DNA of 64,000 nt, taken from the NCBI GenBank assembly GCA_018221285.1, contig JAAOYJ010000024.1, positions 13,156 through 77,155 of the forward strand. Direction: 5' to 3'. The stretch's first letter is position 1. Every line of letters starts with the position of its first letter. This DNA comes from Candidatus Pacearchaeota archaeon. Lineage in GTDB: Archaea; Nanobdellota; Nanobdellia; Pacearchaeales; GW2011-AR1. Both the position numbers and the translations under genes were made by a program. Below the pieces are notes generated by a model that saw only the letters and a program-made list of their open reading frames with translations, made no database searches and had not been told where the DNA came from. This document shows positions 1-8,237 of the stretch, in pieces.

Positions 1-114
1 ACTTAGACTTCCGAACATTAGAGAAGGAGTTTTATTTCCAAGGGATAGGGATCGGTTGAGTCCCTGAGTTTTTAAGAAGGAAAGTTTTTTAAATAGAATA
101 AATCCAAGTGTTAT

Positions 115-447
115 ATGAGAATTGGAGATTATTGGACTTTAAGACCTTTAATAAAGAAACTTAAAGAAGAACCAAAAACTGAAGCGAGCGCATGTATGCA
201 GAATATCCTCAAAAGTTTTGCGTTTAGTGAGCTGTTTTTGAAAAAACTCCCTGATGAAAGATTAGAAGGTTTCAAGAAGGAATATGATACGTCATTCCTT
301 ACAAAAGTCTTTAGATATTTTGAAACACCTTTATTCGGGGAACCTATTGAATTTGTGGAAAAAGAAATAAAATATTTGTTAGAAGGAAGAGATGCTGTTA
401 GGAGATATGAGGCTGGAGAAGTTGTTTGTGGGATTTCTGGGTTTTAA
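115..447 (+). CDS. hypothetical protein (110 aa)
   Basis: ATG-initiated ORF from the track. No competing ORF and no recognisable motif. Confidence 0.4.
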   Translation: MRIGDYWTLRPLIKKLKEEPKTEASACMQNILKSFAFSELFLKKLPDERLEGFKKEYDTSFLTKVFRYFETPLFGEPIEFVEKEIKYLLEGRDAVRRYEAGEVVCGISGF

Positions 448-482
448 GATAATTTTAAAAATTGTTTCTGGTTGAAGGGTGT

Positions 483-1340
483 ATGAAATTGTTGGTTATT
501 GGGGATTTCCATGGTAAGTTTCCTAAGAAGTTACAGAATAGAATTAAGAAGGAGAAAGTTGATTTAGTTGTTAGTTTGGGAGACTATTCTTCTTGGTCTT
601 TGATAAGCGAATTTTTTAAACATTGTTATCGAAAGGATATTGAATTATGGGAGGTTGTTGGAAAAACAAAATACAAAGAATCAACTTTGAAAGATTTGAA
701 GACTGGCCAAAGGATTATATCACAATTAAATAATTTGCCTATGAAAGTAATATCAATTACTGGGAATCATGATTTTACCAAATGGAAGGAAGCCCATAAG
801 ATGTATGACAAGCCTGTTCGGAGTAAATGGAAATGGCCTTACAAAGAGAGATTTTCATCTTTAATTAAAAACTTCAAAAATATAGAAATCTTTGATTGGT
901 CTTATGTGAAATTTAGAGGATTTGTTTTTATTGGCTATCCAAATAGTAATTTTCCAGGCCATGTTCAAAGTAAGCAATACAGATTGCAGAGAAAGAAACT
1001 AGATAAACTTTTTAATAGATTTAAGAAAGAAAATAAAGAAGGCAAAGTTATTTTTGTTTCCCATAATGTGCCTTATGGTTCTAAATTAGGAGTAGTTACA
1101 GCTAAGACAGCACATGAAAAAGCAAGAGGGAAAAACCATGGTTCAAAACTTGCAAGAAGAATCATTGACAAATGGCGACCACGTCTTGTTCTTTGTGGAC
1201 ATATGCATGAACATCAGGGTACTGACAAAATTGGGAAGAGTTTAATTCTTAACTCTGGCCCTGCCTTCGAAAGCAAGGCAGTGGTTATTGATATTGATGA
1301 GAACATGAAGAAAAAGATTAAAGTTAAGTTTATCAAATAA
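483..1340 (+). CDS. calcineurin-like metallophosphoesterase
   Basis: Ordered motifs LLVIGDFHG, GDY, GNHD, SHNVP, CGHMHE. Start moved from TTG 462 to ATG 483. Confidence 0.75.
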   Translation: MKLLVIGDFHGKFPKKLQNRIKKEKVDLVVSLGDYSSWSLISEFFKHCYRKDIELWEVVGKTKYKESTLKDLKTGQRIISQLNNLPMKVISITGNHDFTKWKEAHKMYDKPVRSKWKWPYKERFSSLIKNFKNIEIFDWSYVKFRGFVFIGYPNSNFPGHVQSKQYRLQRKKLDKLFNRFKKENKEGKVIFVSHNVPYGSKLGVVTAKTAHEKARGKNHGSKLARRIIDKWRPRLVLCGHMHEHQGTDKIGKSLILNSGPAFESKAVVIDIDENMKKKIKVKFIK

Positions 1341-1370
1341 TTTTTTAAATGGCTTTCACGTGTTTTTTAC

Positions 1371-1730
1371 ATGAAGAATATAGAGCCAAGGATATTCCGG
1401 CAGAGAGTTACAATAGAGGCAAAATATCAAATAAAGGTCTCTGAAGTGATAATAAGAAAATTTCTGAGAGAACTTACGGCATTTTTAGGAATGAGGCCAT
1501 TAACGAAGCCATTTATTTTTTCCCCTAATAAGACTAAGCATCCTATTCATCATGGGATAGCTGGGTTTGTAGGATGGGCGGAGTCAGGAGGGTCTATCTA
1601 TACATGGGATAAATTTAACTTTTTGACTGTTGAGATATATACTTGTAAAAAATTCAATGCAAAAAAAGCCGCGGATTTTGTAAGTGAATTTTTTTCTTGT
1701 AAAGAGATAGTATTTAGCGAGGGGAAATGA
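1371..1730 (+). CDS. S-adenosylmethionine decarboxylase-like (class 1, pyruvoyl-type fold) protein
   Basis: GIAGFVGWAESGGSIYTWDKFNFLTVEIYTC aligns to the archaeal/bacterial AdoMetDC core G-V-T-G-x-V-x-x-S-E-S-H-I-S-I-H-T-W...V-D-V-F-T-C. The E-S cleavage dipeptide and the T-C cysteine are retained. Confidence 0.6.
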   Translation: MKNIEPRIFRQRVTIEAKYQIKVSEVIIRKFLRELTAFLGMRPLTKPFIFSPNKTKHPIHHGIAGFVGWAESGGSIYTWDKFNFLTVEIYTCKKFNAKKAADFVSEFFSCKEIVFSEGK

Positions 1731-2566
1731 CAAAAATTATCAATAAGATTAGCAATGAGATTGTTGAAAGACTAAGAGATGATAAAAATCTATTATCTTT
1801 AACCTTGGTGGGTTCTTCTTCAAATTACCCTAAAAAGTTAAATGAATTTAATGATATAGATTTTGTCTTTATCTATAATAATCTTAAGAGAGCAGATATT
1901 AAGAGATTGAAATATATCCAGAAATCTCTTGAAGAGAAATATTCTTCTAATAAAATAGGAATCACCCACACTTTTAAAATTGGTCCCATAAAGATAATTT
2001 CCAAAAAACCAAAAACGATAATGTTGCATTTCCTTGTTTATTCAAAGAATAATTATTTAAAATACGAGTCAAATCTCACTAGGTTCTCTTTTCAGCATCA
2101 CAGCCCTCTTTGTGGAAAACATCTGAATAAAATAAATTCATTAAAGAAAGTTAATTTCCAAGATTTGTTTAATGATATAGACGGAATTCCTGCAATGAAA
2201 GAGTGGATAGTTAAAAAGAAAGGGACCTATATAGAGCCGATAGGGAGGGATGTAAAATTTACAGATTTTGAATTGAAAGATAAGCAATATTTAGAGGTTA
2301 TTTTCTATTGTGTCCTAAATCTTACGATGAACATGGAGAGAGCAAAAAGAGGATATTTCAAGTTTAATAAAAATACACTTAATCAATTTGAGAGTGATTT
2401 CCCTCTAGAACTGAATGATTTTCCTTCTGAGATTTTTCTATTGAAGGATAAGTTGAGAAAAGGGCATAATTTTTCTTTAAAAGAGTTGGATAATATAAAA
2501 GATAAATCACTAAAGTTTATATCTCAATGTGAGTTGATTATTAAGGAAAATTATCTTTATGATTAA
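1727..2566 (+). CDS. Pol-beta superfamily nucleotidyltransferase domain protein
   Basis: LTLVGSSS...FNDIDFVFIY fits the G-S...D-x-D NTase signature. ATGA overlap with the upstream gene. Confidence 0.5.
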   Translation: MTKIINKISNEIVERLRDDKNLLSLTLVGSSSNYPKKLNEFNDIDFVFIYNNLKRADIKRLKYIQKSLEEKYSSNKIGITHTFKIGPIKIISKKPKTIMLHFLVYSKNNYLKYESNLTRFSFQHHSPLCGKHLNKINSLKKVNFQDLFNDIDGIPAMKEWIVKKKGTYIEPIGRDVKFTDFELKDKQYLEVIFYCVLNLTMNMERAKRGYFKFNKNTLNQFESDFPLELNDFPSEIFLLKDKLRKGHNFSLKELDNIKDKSLKFISQCELIIKENYLYD

Positions 2567-2618
2567 CCTCAAACCTGTCCTCTCCAATACCAAAACCAAA
2601 AACCTTAAATATATAATA

Positions 2619-2638
2619 ATTTATACAATTGTATAAAT
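2619..2638. promoter_or_regulatory. 20-bp perfect palindrome ATTTATACAATTGTATAAAT, candidate operator
   Basis: Perfect inverted repeat about 30 nt upstream of the wHTH-MNT gene. A third half-site, ATATACAAT, overlaps the ATG at 2668. Confidence 0.3.
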
Positions 2639-2667
2639 AAATAGTTAAGTGTAGAATAATATATACA

Positions 2668-3192
2668 ATGTTGAATCAATCATCTGAAGAGAAGATTTTG
2701 GGAGTTTTTTTTAATTTTCCCCTCGAGAAGTTTCATATACGTGAAATAGCGCGTTTGTCTAAGTTAAACCCCAACACTGTTCTTAATGTTTTGAGGAATC
2801 TTGAGAATGAAAAACTGATTATTCGGAAGAAGAAGTCACATATAGTTGAGGTGTCGGCTAATCTCAATGAAGGGTTTAAACGTTTGAAGAGGATTAATAA
2901 CTTAGAAAGAATTTATGAAAGCGGAATAGTTGATTTTCTTATGGAGAAATTTTCTCCTGAAGCAATTTCTGTTGTGGGGAGTTATTCTGCTGGAGAGGAT
3001 GTGGAGAGCAGTGATATAGATATTGTTGTAGTAACTAAAGGAAATTCAGAAATAAGTCTTTCCAAGTTTGAGAAGTTTTTGGGCAGAAAGATTCATTTGA
3101 TTATAACAGATTATAAGTCCATGTCAGAGGAATTTTACATAAATTTAATAAATGGTGTGGTGTTGTATGGGTATCTCGATAAAAAGAAATGA
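2668..3192 (+). CDS. wHTH + minimal nucleotidyltransferase (MNT-type antitoxin-like)
   Basis: N-terminal HTH-like IREIARLSKLNPNTVLNVLRNLENEKLI. NTase motif GSYSAGEDVESSDIDIVVV. Confidence 0.65.
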   Translation: MLNQSSEEKILGVFFNFPLEKFHIREIARLSKLNPNTVLNVLRNLENEKLIIRKKKSHIVEVSANLNEGFKRLKRINNLERIYESGIVDFLMEKFSPEAISVVGSYSAGEDVESSDIDIVVVTKGNSEISLSKFEKFLGRKIHLIITDYKSMSEEFYINLINGVVLYGYLDKKK

Positions 3193-3608
3193 AACCTTTT
3201 GAATATTATCTTAAAAATAAATTAGTAATGAAAGCCTCCCCAAATTTAGCTAGGGCAAGGTCTTTGATTAAAGATATAAATTTAAGATTGAAGTTCCTCA
3301 GGAAGATAGATATAAAGGAATTTCCTAAAATTTATTTTGAACATTTATATGATATTGTTCGGGATTTCTGCGACGCTATTTTATTTGCTGAAGGGTATAA
3401 GCCATCATCTCATCAGGCTTCAATTGCTTATTTGTCTAAAAAAGGATTTAATTTTACTTTAATTAAAAAGTTGGATTCATTTAGATACAAGCGAAATATT
3501 TCGAAATATCATGGAGAACCAATCTCATTGGAGGAGGCAAAGGATTTGGATAGGTTTTACAAAAGTATTAAAGATAGATTAAACAATCTTTTGAAAGATA
3601 TAAAATGA
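3189..3608 (+). CDS. HEPN domain protein (toxin-like partner of MNT)
   Basis: R-x5-H motif in RNISKYH near the C-terminus. About 140 aa and helical. ATGA overlap with the MNT gene. Confidence 0.6.
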   Translation: MKPFEYYLKNKLVMKASPNLARARSLIKDINLRLKFLRKIDIKEFPKIYFEHLYDIVRDFCDAILFAEGYKPSSHQASIAYLSKKGFNFTLIKKLDSFRYKRNISKYHGEPISLEEAKDLDRFYKSIKDRLNNLLKDIK

Positions 3609-3883
3609 CATCATTCTTATGGAAAAAGGTTTCTGAAAAAGAGAAAGAGGATATTCGTAAGCAGGCAAAGGGCATCATGGATGATTTTTCAGGTAAGCTT
3701 TCTAAAGTGAAGGGAGAGATGAAAGAGCCGTTGATTGAACGTGATGAGGGGGAACGTAAAGAGAGCGGAGAAGAATGTTGTGATGATTTTTCTAGAGAGA
3801 TTATGTTTAGGAATGCTCCTAATACCCTAAAGGGCACAAGTAAAAATGAAGATTTTATAATCGGGGAGCGGAAAGGATGGTAG
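3605..3883 (+). CDS. gatC: GatC-like subunit of Asp/Glu-tRNA amidotransferase (archaeal type)
   Basis: C-terminal ...FRNAP...EDFIIGERKGW resembles the GatC NAP...G-x-F-x-V-P tail. Lies in a chain of overlapping genes ending in gatA. Confidence 0.5.
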   Translation: MTSFLWKKVSEKEKEDIRKQAKGIMDDFSGKLSKVKGEMKEPLIERDEGERKESGEECCDDFSREIMFRNAPNTLKGTSKNEDFIIGERKGW

Positions 3884-4134
3884 ATAACGTATTAAATAGA
3901 ATGTATTTAGGACTTCCAATTAAAATGCAAAATTGCATATCTAATAATAGATTATCTCCTATCCAAATTTTATCTCAGAGGATTGCCCCTTTATTTGGAG
4001 GCCCTATTCCTACAAGATATACTTATGATGATTTTGAAGAAGTAAGGGATCAATGTAGTTTATTTAGTGAAGAAATTGAAATTGTTAAAATTAAATGTAG
4101 TGATTATCTAATAATGGCGATGGGATTAGGATGA
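3877..4134 (+). CDS. hypothetical protein (85 aa) wedged between gatC-like and gatA
   Basis: Start overlaps the gatC-like stop (ATGGTAG). Stop overlaps the gatA start (ATGA). Confidence 0.4.
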   Translation: MVDNVLNRMYLGLPIKMQNCISNNRLSPIQILSQRIAPLFGGPIPTRYTYDDFEEVRDQCSLFSEEIEIVKIKCSDYLIMAMGLG

Positions 4135-5507
4135 ACACACAACAAAAACTAAAAAAGTACCTTGCTGAGATTCAGAAGAATGATAAATCAGGCAAGAAGA
4201 TAAATGCAATCCTCCAACTCAACCCAAATACTTTAGCAGAAGCCAAAGCGATTGATGTTAAATCTAAGAAAGGAAAGTTGGCTGGCAAGATAATTGTTGT
4301 GAAGGCGAATATTAATGTTAAAGGTTTGAATGCTTCGTGTGCGTCGAGGGTTTTGGAGGATTATATTTCTCCTTATGATGCTACTGTGATTAAGAAGATT
4401 AAGGAAGAGGATGGATTGATTATTGGAATGGCGAATATGGATGAGTTTGCGTGTGGTTGGAGTGGGGAGACTTCTGCATATGGTCCTACGCGGAATCCTT
4501 GTGCCCCTGATTTAGTTGCAGGTGGAACGAGTTCTGGAAGTGCTGCTTCTGTTTCTGCAGGTTTTTGTGATATTGCTTTAGGGAGTGATACGGGAGGAAG
4601 TATAAGAGTTCCATCTTCTCATTGTGGAGTTGTAGGGATTAAGCCAACATATTCAAGTGTATCTCGTTATGGTTTGATTGATATGACTATGAGTTTTGAC
4701 CAAATTGGGCCTGCTGCAAAGAATGTTACAGACGCTGCTTTGTTGTTAAGTGTCATTTATGGAAGGGATGAATGTGATGCTATCTCGCAATCTCGCTCGA
4801 ATCCCGTGCCCTCCCGCCCGTCAGCGCCTTCGGCGCAGACAAAAGTTAGACTCGCGAAATCATCTAAGATAAACTTAGTGAATGTTCAAAAAACTCCTAA
4901 GAATCTTGTTGTTGGATTACTTGATTTTCCAGTGAATGATAAAAGGATTCAGAAATTGATTGATGATAAAGTTGAAAAGGCTTCGAAGAAGTATGGGTGG
5001 GAAATTAAGAAGATTAAAATTCCCTATCTTGAATTAAGTATTGCAACATATTTCCCAATTGTTTATGTGGAATTTTTCTCTGCTACAAGAAGATTTGATG
5101 GTAGAAGATATGGTAAGAAGATTGAAGATGCTGCGGGACCAGAGGTTTTGAGAAGGATTTTGGGAGGAAGCGAGATTTCAAAGGCAGAGCATCATGGAAG
5201 ATATTATAATAAGGCCTTGAAGGTTAGAAAGTTGATTAGTGAAGAATTTGCCAAAATGTTTAAGTCAGTAAATTGTATTATCTCGCCGACTGTTCCGCGT
5301 TTGCCCCATGAGATTGGTAGCAAAATTTCTAATGAGGATATGTACTCTTATGATGCTTTGACCCTCCCTTATAATTTGTATGGAAATTGTGCGATTTCAA
5401 TTCCTTGTGGGGAGATTGAAGGGATTCCTGTTGGAATGCAAATTGCTTGTGATAAGTTTGAGGATGAAAAGATGTTGGGGATTGCGAGGGCGATTGAGAA
5501 GATTTAG
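4131..5507 (+). CDS. gatA: Glu-tRNA(Gln)/Asp-tRNA(Asn) amidotransferase subunit A (amidase family)
   Basis: Amidase signature GGTSSGSAASVSAGFCDIALGSDTGGSIRVPSSHCGVVGIKPTYSSVSRYGLI. Confidence 0.9.
   Translation: MNTQQKLKKYLAEIQKNDKSGKKINAILQLNPNTLAEAKAIDVKSKKGKLAGKIIVVKANINVKGLNASCASRVLEDYISPYDATVIKKIKEEDGLIIGMANMDEFACGWSGETSAYGPTRNPCAPDLVAGGTSSGSAASVSAGFCDIALGSDTGGSIRVPSSHCGVVGIKPTYSSVSRYGLIDMTMSFDQIGPAAKNVTDAALLLSVIYGRDECDAISQSRSNPVPSRPSAPSAQTKVRLAKSSKINLVNVQKTPKNLVVGLLDFPVNDKRIQKLIDDKVEKASKKYGWEIKKIKIPYLELSIATYFPIVYVEFFSATRRFDGRRYGKKIEDAAGPEVLRRILGGSEISKAEHHGRYYNKALKVRKLISEEFAKMFKSVNCIISPTVPRLPHEIGSKISNEDMYSYDALTLPYNLYGNCAISIPCGEIEGIPVGMQIACDKFEDEKMLGIARAIEKI
4782..4857 (+). repeat. GC-rich repeat-like insertion, in frame inside gatA
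   Basis: A visibly GC-rich island in an AT-rich gene. It contains the CTCGC, TCGAATCC and TCCCGCCC words and a GCGCC-TTC-GGCGC hairpin, all shared with the intergenic repeat family. It encodes the P/S/A-rich linker SQSRSNPVPSRPSAPSAQTKVRLA. Confidence 0.45.
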
Positions 5508-5639
5508 CTCGCTGACGCGAGGATTGGTGAGAGTTATTAATGATTTAGCTTTATCCCACCCACCCGTGGGAGGAAGTAGTTAATAAAAAAGAACTTAATA
5601 TGTTGAGCAACTTAGCTGGTTTTTTGTTAATAGTTTTTT
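5508..5639 (+). repeat. mosaic intergenic repeat, copy A
   Basis: CTCGC-TGAC-GCGAG hairpin, AGAGTTATTAATGATTTAGC, CCCAC-CCACCC-GTGGG hairpin, core GAAGTAGTTAAT..AAGAACTTAATATGTTGAGCAACTTAG, tail TTTTTTGTTAATAGTTTTTT. Confidence 0.8.
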
Positions 5640-5713
5640 AATCATGAGCACATTGTGCGAATCTATTTTCCCATCACAACAATCTTTAAATTCTGTATCT
5701 TACTTTTCTCTTC

Positions 5714-6247
5714 ATGAAGTATGATAAAAATCAGGCGCATTATGTTGTTATTACTTGTATTCCTGTTAATGAAGAAGGAAAATATTTGATTGCAAAGAGA
5801 GCTGAGAAGGAGAAGGCATTTCCTGGTTTGTGGACTGTTCCAGGAGGGAAGTTGGAGGTTTTGGATTATGCGCTGAGAGAGAAGGACACGTCTGCTCATT
5901 GGTATAATGTTTTTGAGGATGTTGCAAAGAAAGAGATGAAAGAAGAAGTTGGATTGGAAGTTAAAAATATTGAATATGTCACTAGTATGGTTTATATTCG
6001 GAGTGATGGTGTTCCTGCGGTGATTGTGAGTTTGTGGGCAAAAGTTGTTGGAGATTCCACTAAAGTGAAACTTTGTCATGCTTTAACAGATTACAAATGG
6101 GTTACACTTGAAGAAGCAAAGAATTATGAATTGATTGATGGGATTTATGAAGAGCTTGAGATTTTGGATAGGAAATTGAAGGATGGGGGGAAGATGGGAG
6201 AGTGGAAGAAGAGTGATGGAGATGAAGGGTTGTTTGGGAGTTATTAA
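5714..6247 (+). CDS. NUDIX hydrolase
   Basis: Nudix-box-like GGKLE...AKKEMKEEVGLEV. Confidence 0.7.
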   Translation: MKYDKNQAHYVVITCIPVNEEGKYLIAKRAEKEKAFPGLWTVPGGKLEVLDYALREKDTSAHWYNVFEDVAKKEMKEEVGLEVKNIEYVTSMVYIRSDGVPAVIVSLWAKVVGDSTKVKLCHALTDYKWVTLEEAKNYELIDGIYEELEILDRKLKDGGKMGEWKKSDGDEGLFGSY

Positions 6248-6302
6248 CTGAAGAGTGATAACATATAGAAACACTTATAAAGTCTATTTCTTGGATTAGT
6301 TT

Positions 6303-6629
6303 ATGAAAGATAAAGATTCGTATACTTTGAAAGAAGTTGCAGAGTTTGTTAGTGGAGCTACTTTTGAATGTCTAACTAATGACTCAACCGCATCTATGAT
6401 GGGGTACTTAGAAAAAAACATGCCAAGTAAGTTATATTTTGAAACTCTTTATAAATTTGGAGAAAAGTTAAAAGAAAGTGGGAAGGATCCAAGATTGTAT
6501 AAATTAGGGGTACAATTGATGGGGACCTCTTTAGCACTAAGGCTAGAAGATAATTTTAATTCTTCGCTTAAATCTACAATTGATTCTGCAATTTCTATGA
6601 TAAAAAAAGATAGAGAGGCTAGAGATTAA
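6303..6629 (+). CDS. hypothetical protein (108 aa)
   Basis: ORF track. Shares a Y-x3-Y-x2-G-x-KLKESG motif with the ORF at 14175..14486. Confidence 0.4.
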   Translation: MKDKDSYTLKEVAEFVSGATFECLTNDSTASMMGYLEKNMPSKLYFETLYKFGEKLKESGKDPRLYKLGVQLMGTSLALRLEDNFNSSLKSTIDSAISMIKKDREARD

Positions 6630-6630
6630 G

Positions 6631-7032
6631 ATGAAAAACAAAAGGGAAAGAGTAATAGAAAGAAAAAATTATATCGATAAAGTTAGCTTGCCTAATGATA
6701 GGAATTTTAGAAATATGGCTTCAATAACAGGATTAGCATTGGCTGTAGACGCGTTTCAATCTTTATTTACTGGGGAGCTTTTTATTTATGGTAAACCTAT
6801 CGAACAAGCCATACAACCTGCTCTTTATGCTATGTCCTCTCTTGGACCTCTTTATGCGGCCAGAATGTCAGAGGAAGCAATTAAAGATTCTAAGAATAAA
6901 GTTAAAGCATTAGAATATGGATTAGATAAGAATGATTTTGATAGTTCTATGGTAGAAATGGCTTCTGATGGTCCAACAAATTGGAAGGAAGCTTTTTCAG
7001 ATTTCTTTTATGAGTTTAAGAAAGATAAGTAG
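6631..7032 (+). CDS. hypothetical protein (133 aa)
   Basis: ORF track. Starts 2 nt after the previous stop. Confidence 0.4.
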   Translation: MKNKRERVIERKNYIDKVSLPNDRNFRNMASITGLALAVDAFQSLFTGELFIYGKPIEQAIQPALYAMSSLGPLYAARMSEEAIKDSKNKVKALEYGLDKNDFDSSMVEMASDGPTNWKEAFSDFFYEFKKDK

Positions 7033-7083
7033 TTTAAGAGTTATTAACAAAACCCTTAAATATCTCTTGCAATTGTTTTTTTG

Positions 7084-7767
7084 ATGAAACTTAATGATGT
7101 TGAGATAAAGTGGTTAGGGCATGCTGGTTTTTTGATAAGGAATTCTTCTGTAATTTATATTGATCCTTATAAAATTGGTGATGGGTCTGAGAAGGCTGAT
7201 TTGATTTTGATAACACATAGTCATTATGATCATTGTAGTGTTGCTGATATGGAGAAGATTATCAAAGAGGGCACGCGGATTGTTATGACTGCTGATTGTC
7301 AGAGTAAGATTACGCGGTTTGATGTGCCGATTAGGATGGAGATAATTGAGCCTGGACAGGATTTGGAGTTTGGAGATGTGAAGATCTCTGCTTTGCCCGC
7401 GTATAATTTAGATAAACCTTTTCATTCTCAAGATGAGCATTGGGTTGGTTATTTAATTAAGATTGGAGAGGTTCTTATTTATCATGCAGGAGATACTGAT
7501 GTGATTCCTGAGATGCAGAAGTTGACAGGGCATAAGCAAGAAGGAAAGGAGTTTGTGGCGTTGCTTCCGATTGGAGGGAGATTTACAATGGATGTTGAGG
7601 AGGCTGTTGAAGCAGCGAAGATGATTAAGCCGACATTGGCAATTCCAATGCATTATGGAGATATTGTGGGAACAGAAGATGATGCTAAAGAGTTTTGTGA
7701 GATGTGTGGGGAAGAGGGTGTGAAGGCTAGGATGTTGGATGCCCTAAAGGGCACGAGGAAAGAATGA
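7084..7767 (+). CDS. MBL-fold metallo-hydrolase
   Basis: LITHSHYDH (H-x-H-x-D-H) plus downstream HAGDTD and PMHYG. ATG at 7084 preferred over TTG at 7081. Confidence 0.75.
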   Translation: MKLNDVEIKWLGHAGFLIRNSSVIYIDPYKIGDGSEKADLILITHSHYDHCSVADMEKIIKEGTRIVMTADCQSKITRFDVPIRMEIIEPGQDLEFGDVKISALPAYNLDKPFHSQDEHWVGYLIKIGEVLIYHAGDTDVIPEMQKLTGHKQEGKEFVALLPIGGRFTMDVEEAVEAAKMIKPTLAIPMHYGDIVGTEDDAKEFCEMCGEEGVKARMLDALKGTRKE

Positions 7768-8237
7768 GAATCGGAATAATTGGTCCAAGTAAGTTGAGAG
7801 AGAAAGATAAGATATCTCGGATAGCAAAGATTGTTGCTAATTTAGGGAAGGAGATTGTATTAACTCCTGATAAAGGTTCGTCCTCAGAGTTTTTTGCACA
7901 AGAGTATTTGGCTAATAAGGGGAAAAAAGTTTTTGAGATAGTTCCGTTAGATGATAAAGAATTTGGTTATGATTGGGTTAATTTGGATCTTGGAGAGAAG
8001 ATTAATTGTGGATCTTGGAGGAATCAGCCTGAAAAACTAAATGAAGAGTCAGATGTTCTTTTGTGTTTAGGTTATTCTACAGGAGGGATGATAGAAATTT
8101 GTTATTCTAAATGGTTTAAGAAAAAACCAGTTTATATCATTAATGAATTTATTGAAGACAAATTGCCTAAAGAGCTTGAGGAAAGTTTAGATTTAAAGTA
8201 TATCTCTATAGAGGATTTAGAGAAAGAACTAAAATGA
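7764..8237 (+). CDS. SLOG/LOG-like Rossmann-fold protein (tentative)
   Basis: MRIGIIGPS N-terminus and DVLLCLGYSTGGMIEI...KKPVYIIN resemble the LOG/TIGR00725-type layout. ATGA overlap with the upstream gene. Confidence 0.35.
   Translation: MRIGIIGPSKLREKDKISRIAKIVANLGKEIVLTPDKGSSSEFFAQEYLANKGKKVFEIVPLDDKEFGYDWVNLDLGEKINCGSWRNQPEKLNEESDVLLCLGYSTGGMIEICYSKWFKKKPVYIINEFIEDKLPKELEESLDLKYISIEDLEKELK

Noticed and set aside
1347-1363. AAATGGCTTTCACGTG as a mini-copy of the GGCTTCGC module.
   Set aside because: Too short and imperfect, and no adjacent core motif.
7036-7052. AGAGTTATTAACAAAACC as a reverse-oriented fragment of the repeat tail.
   Set aside because: Only about 10 nt of AT-rich similarity, so it is not distinguishable from chance.
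3826-7755. A shared 13-mer, CCCTAAAGGGCAC, occurs in the gatC-like gene and in the MBL-fold gene. Both encode LKGT.
   Set aside because: A single 13-nt match between two sites in 64 kb is within chance expectation, and there is no flanking similarity.
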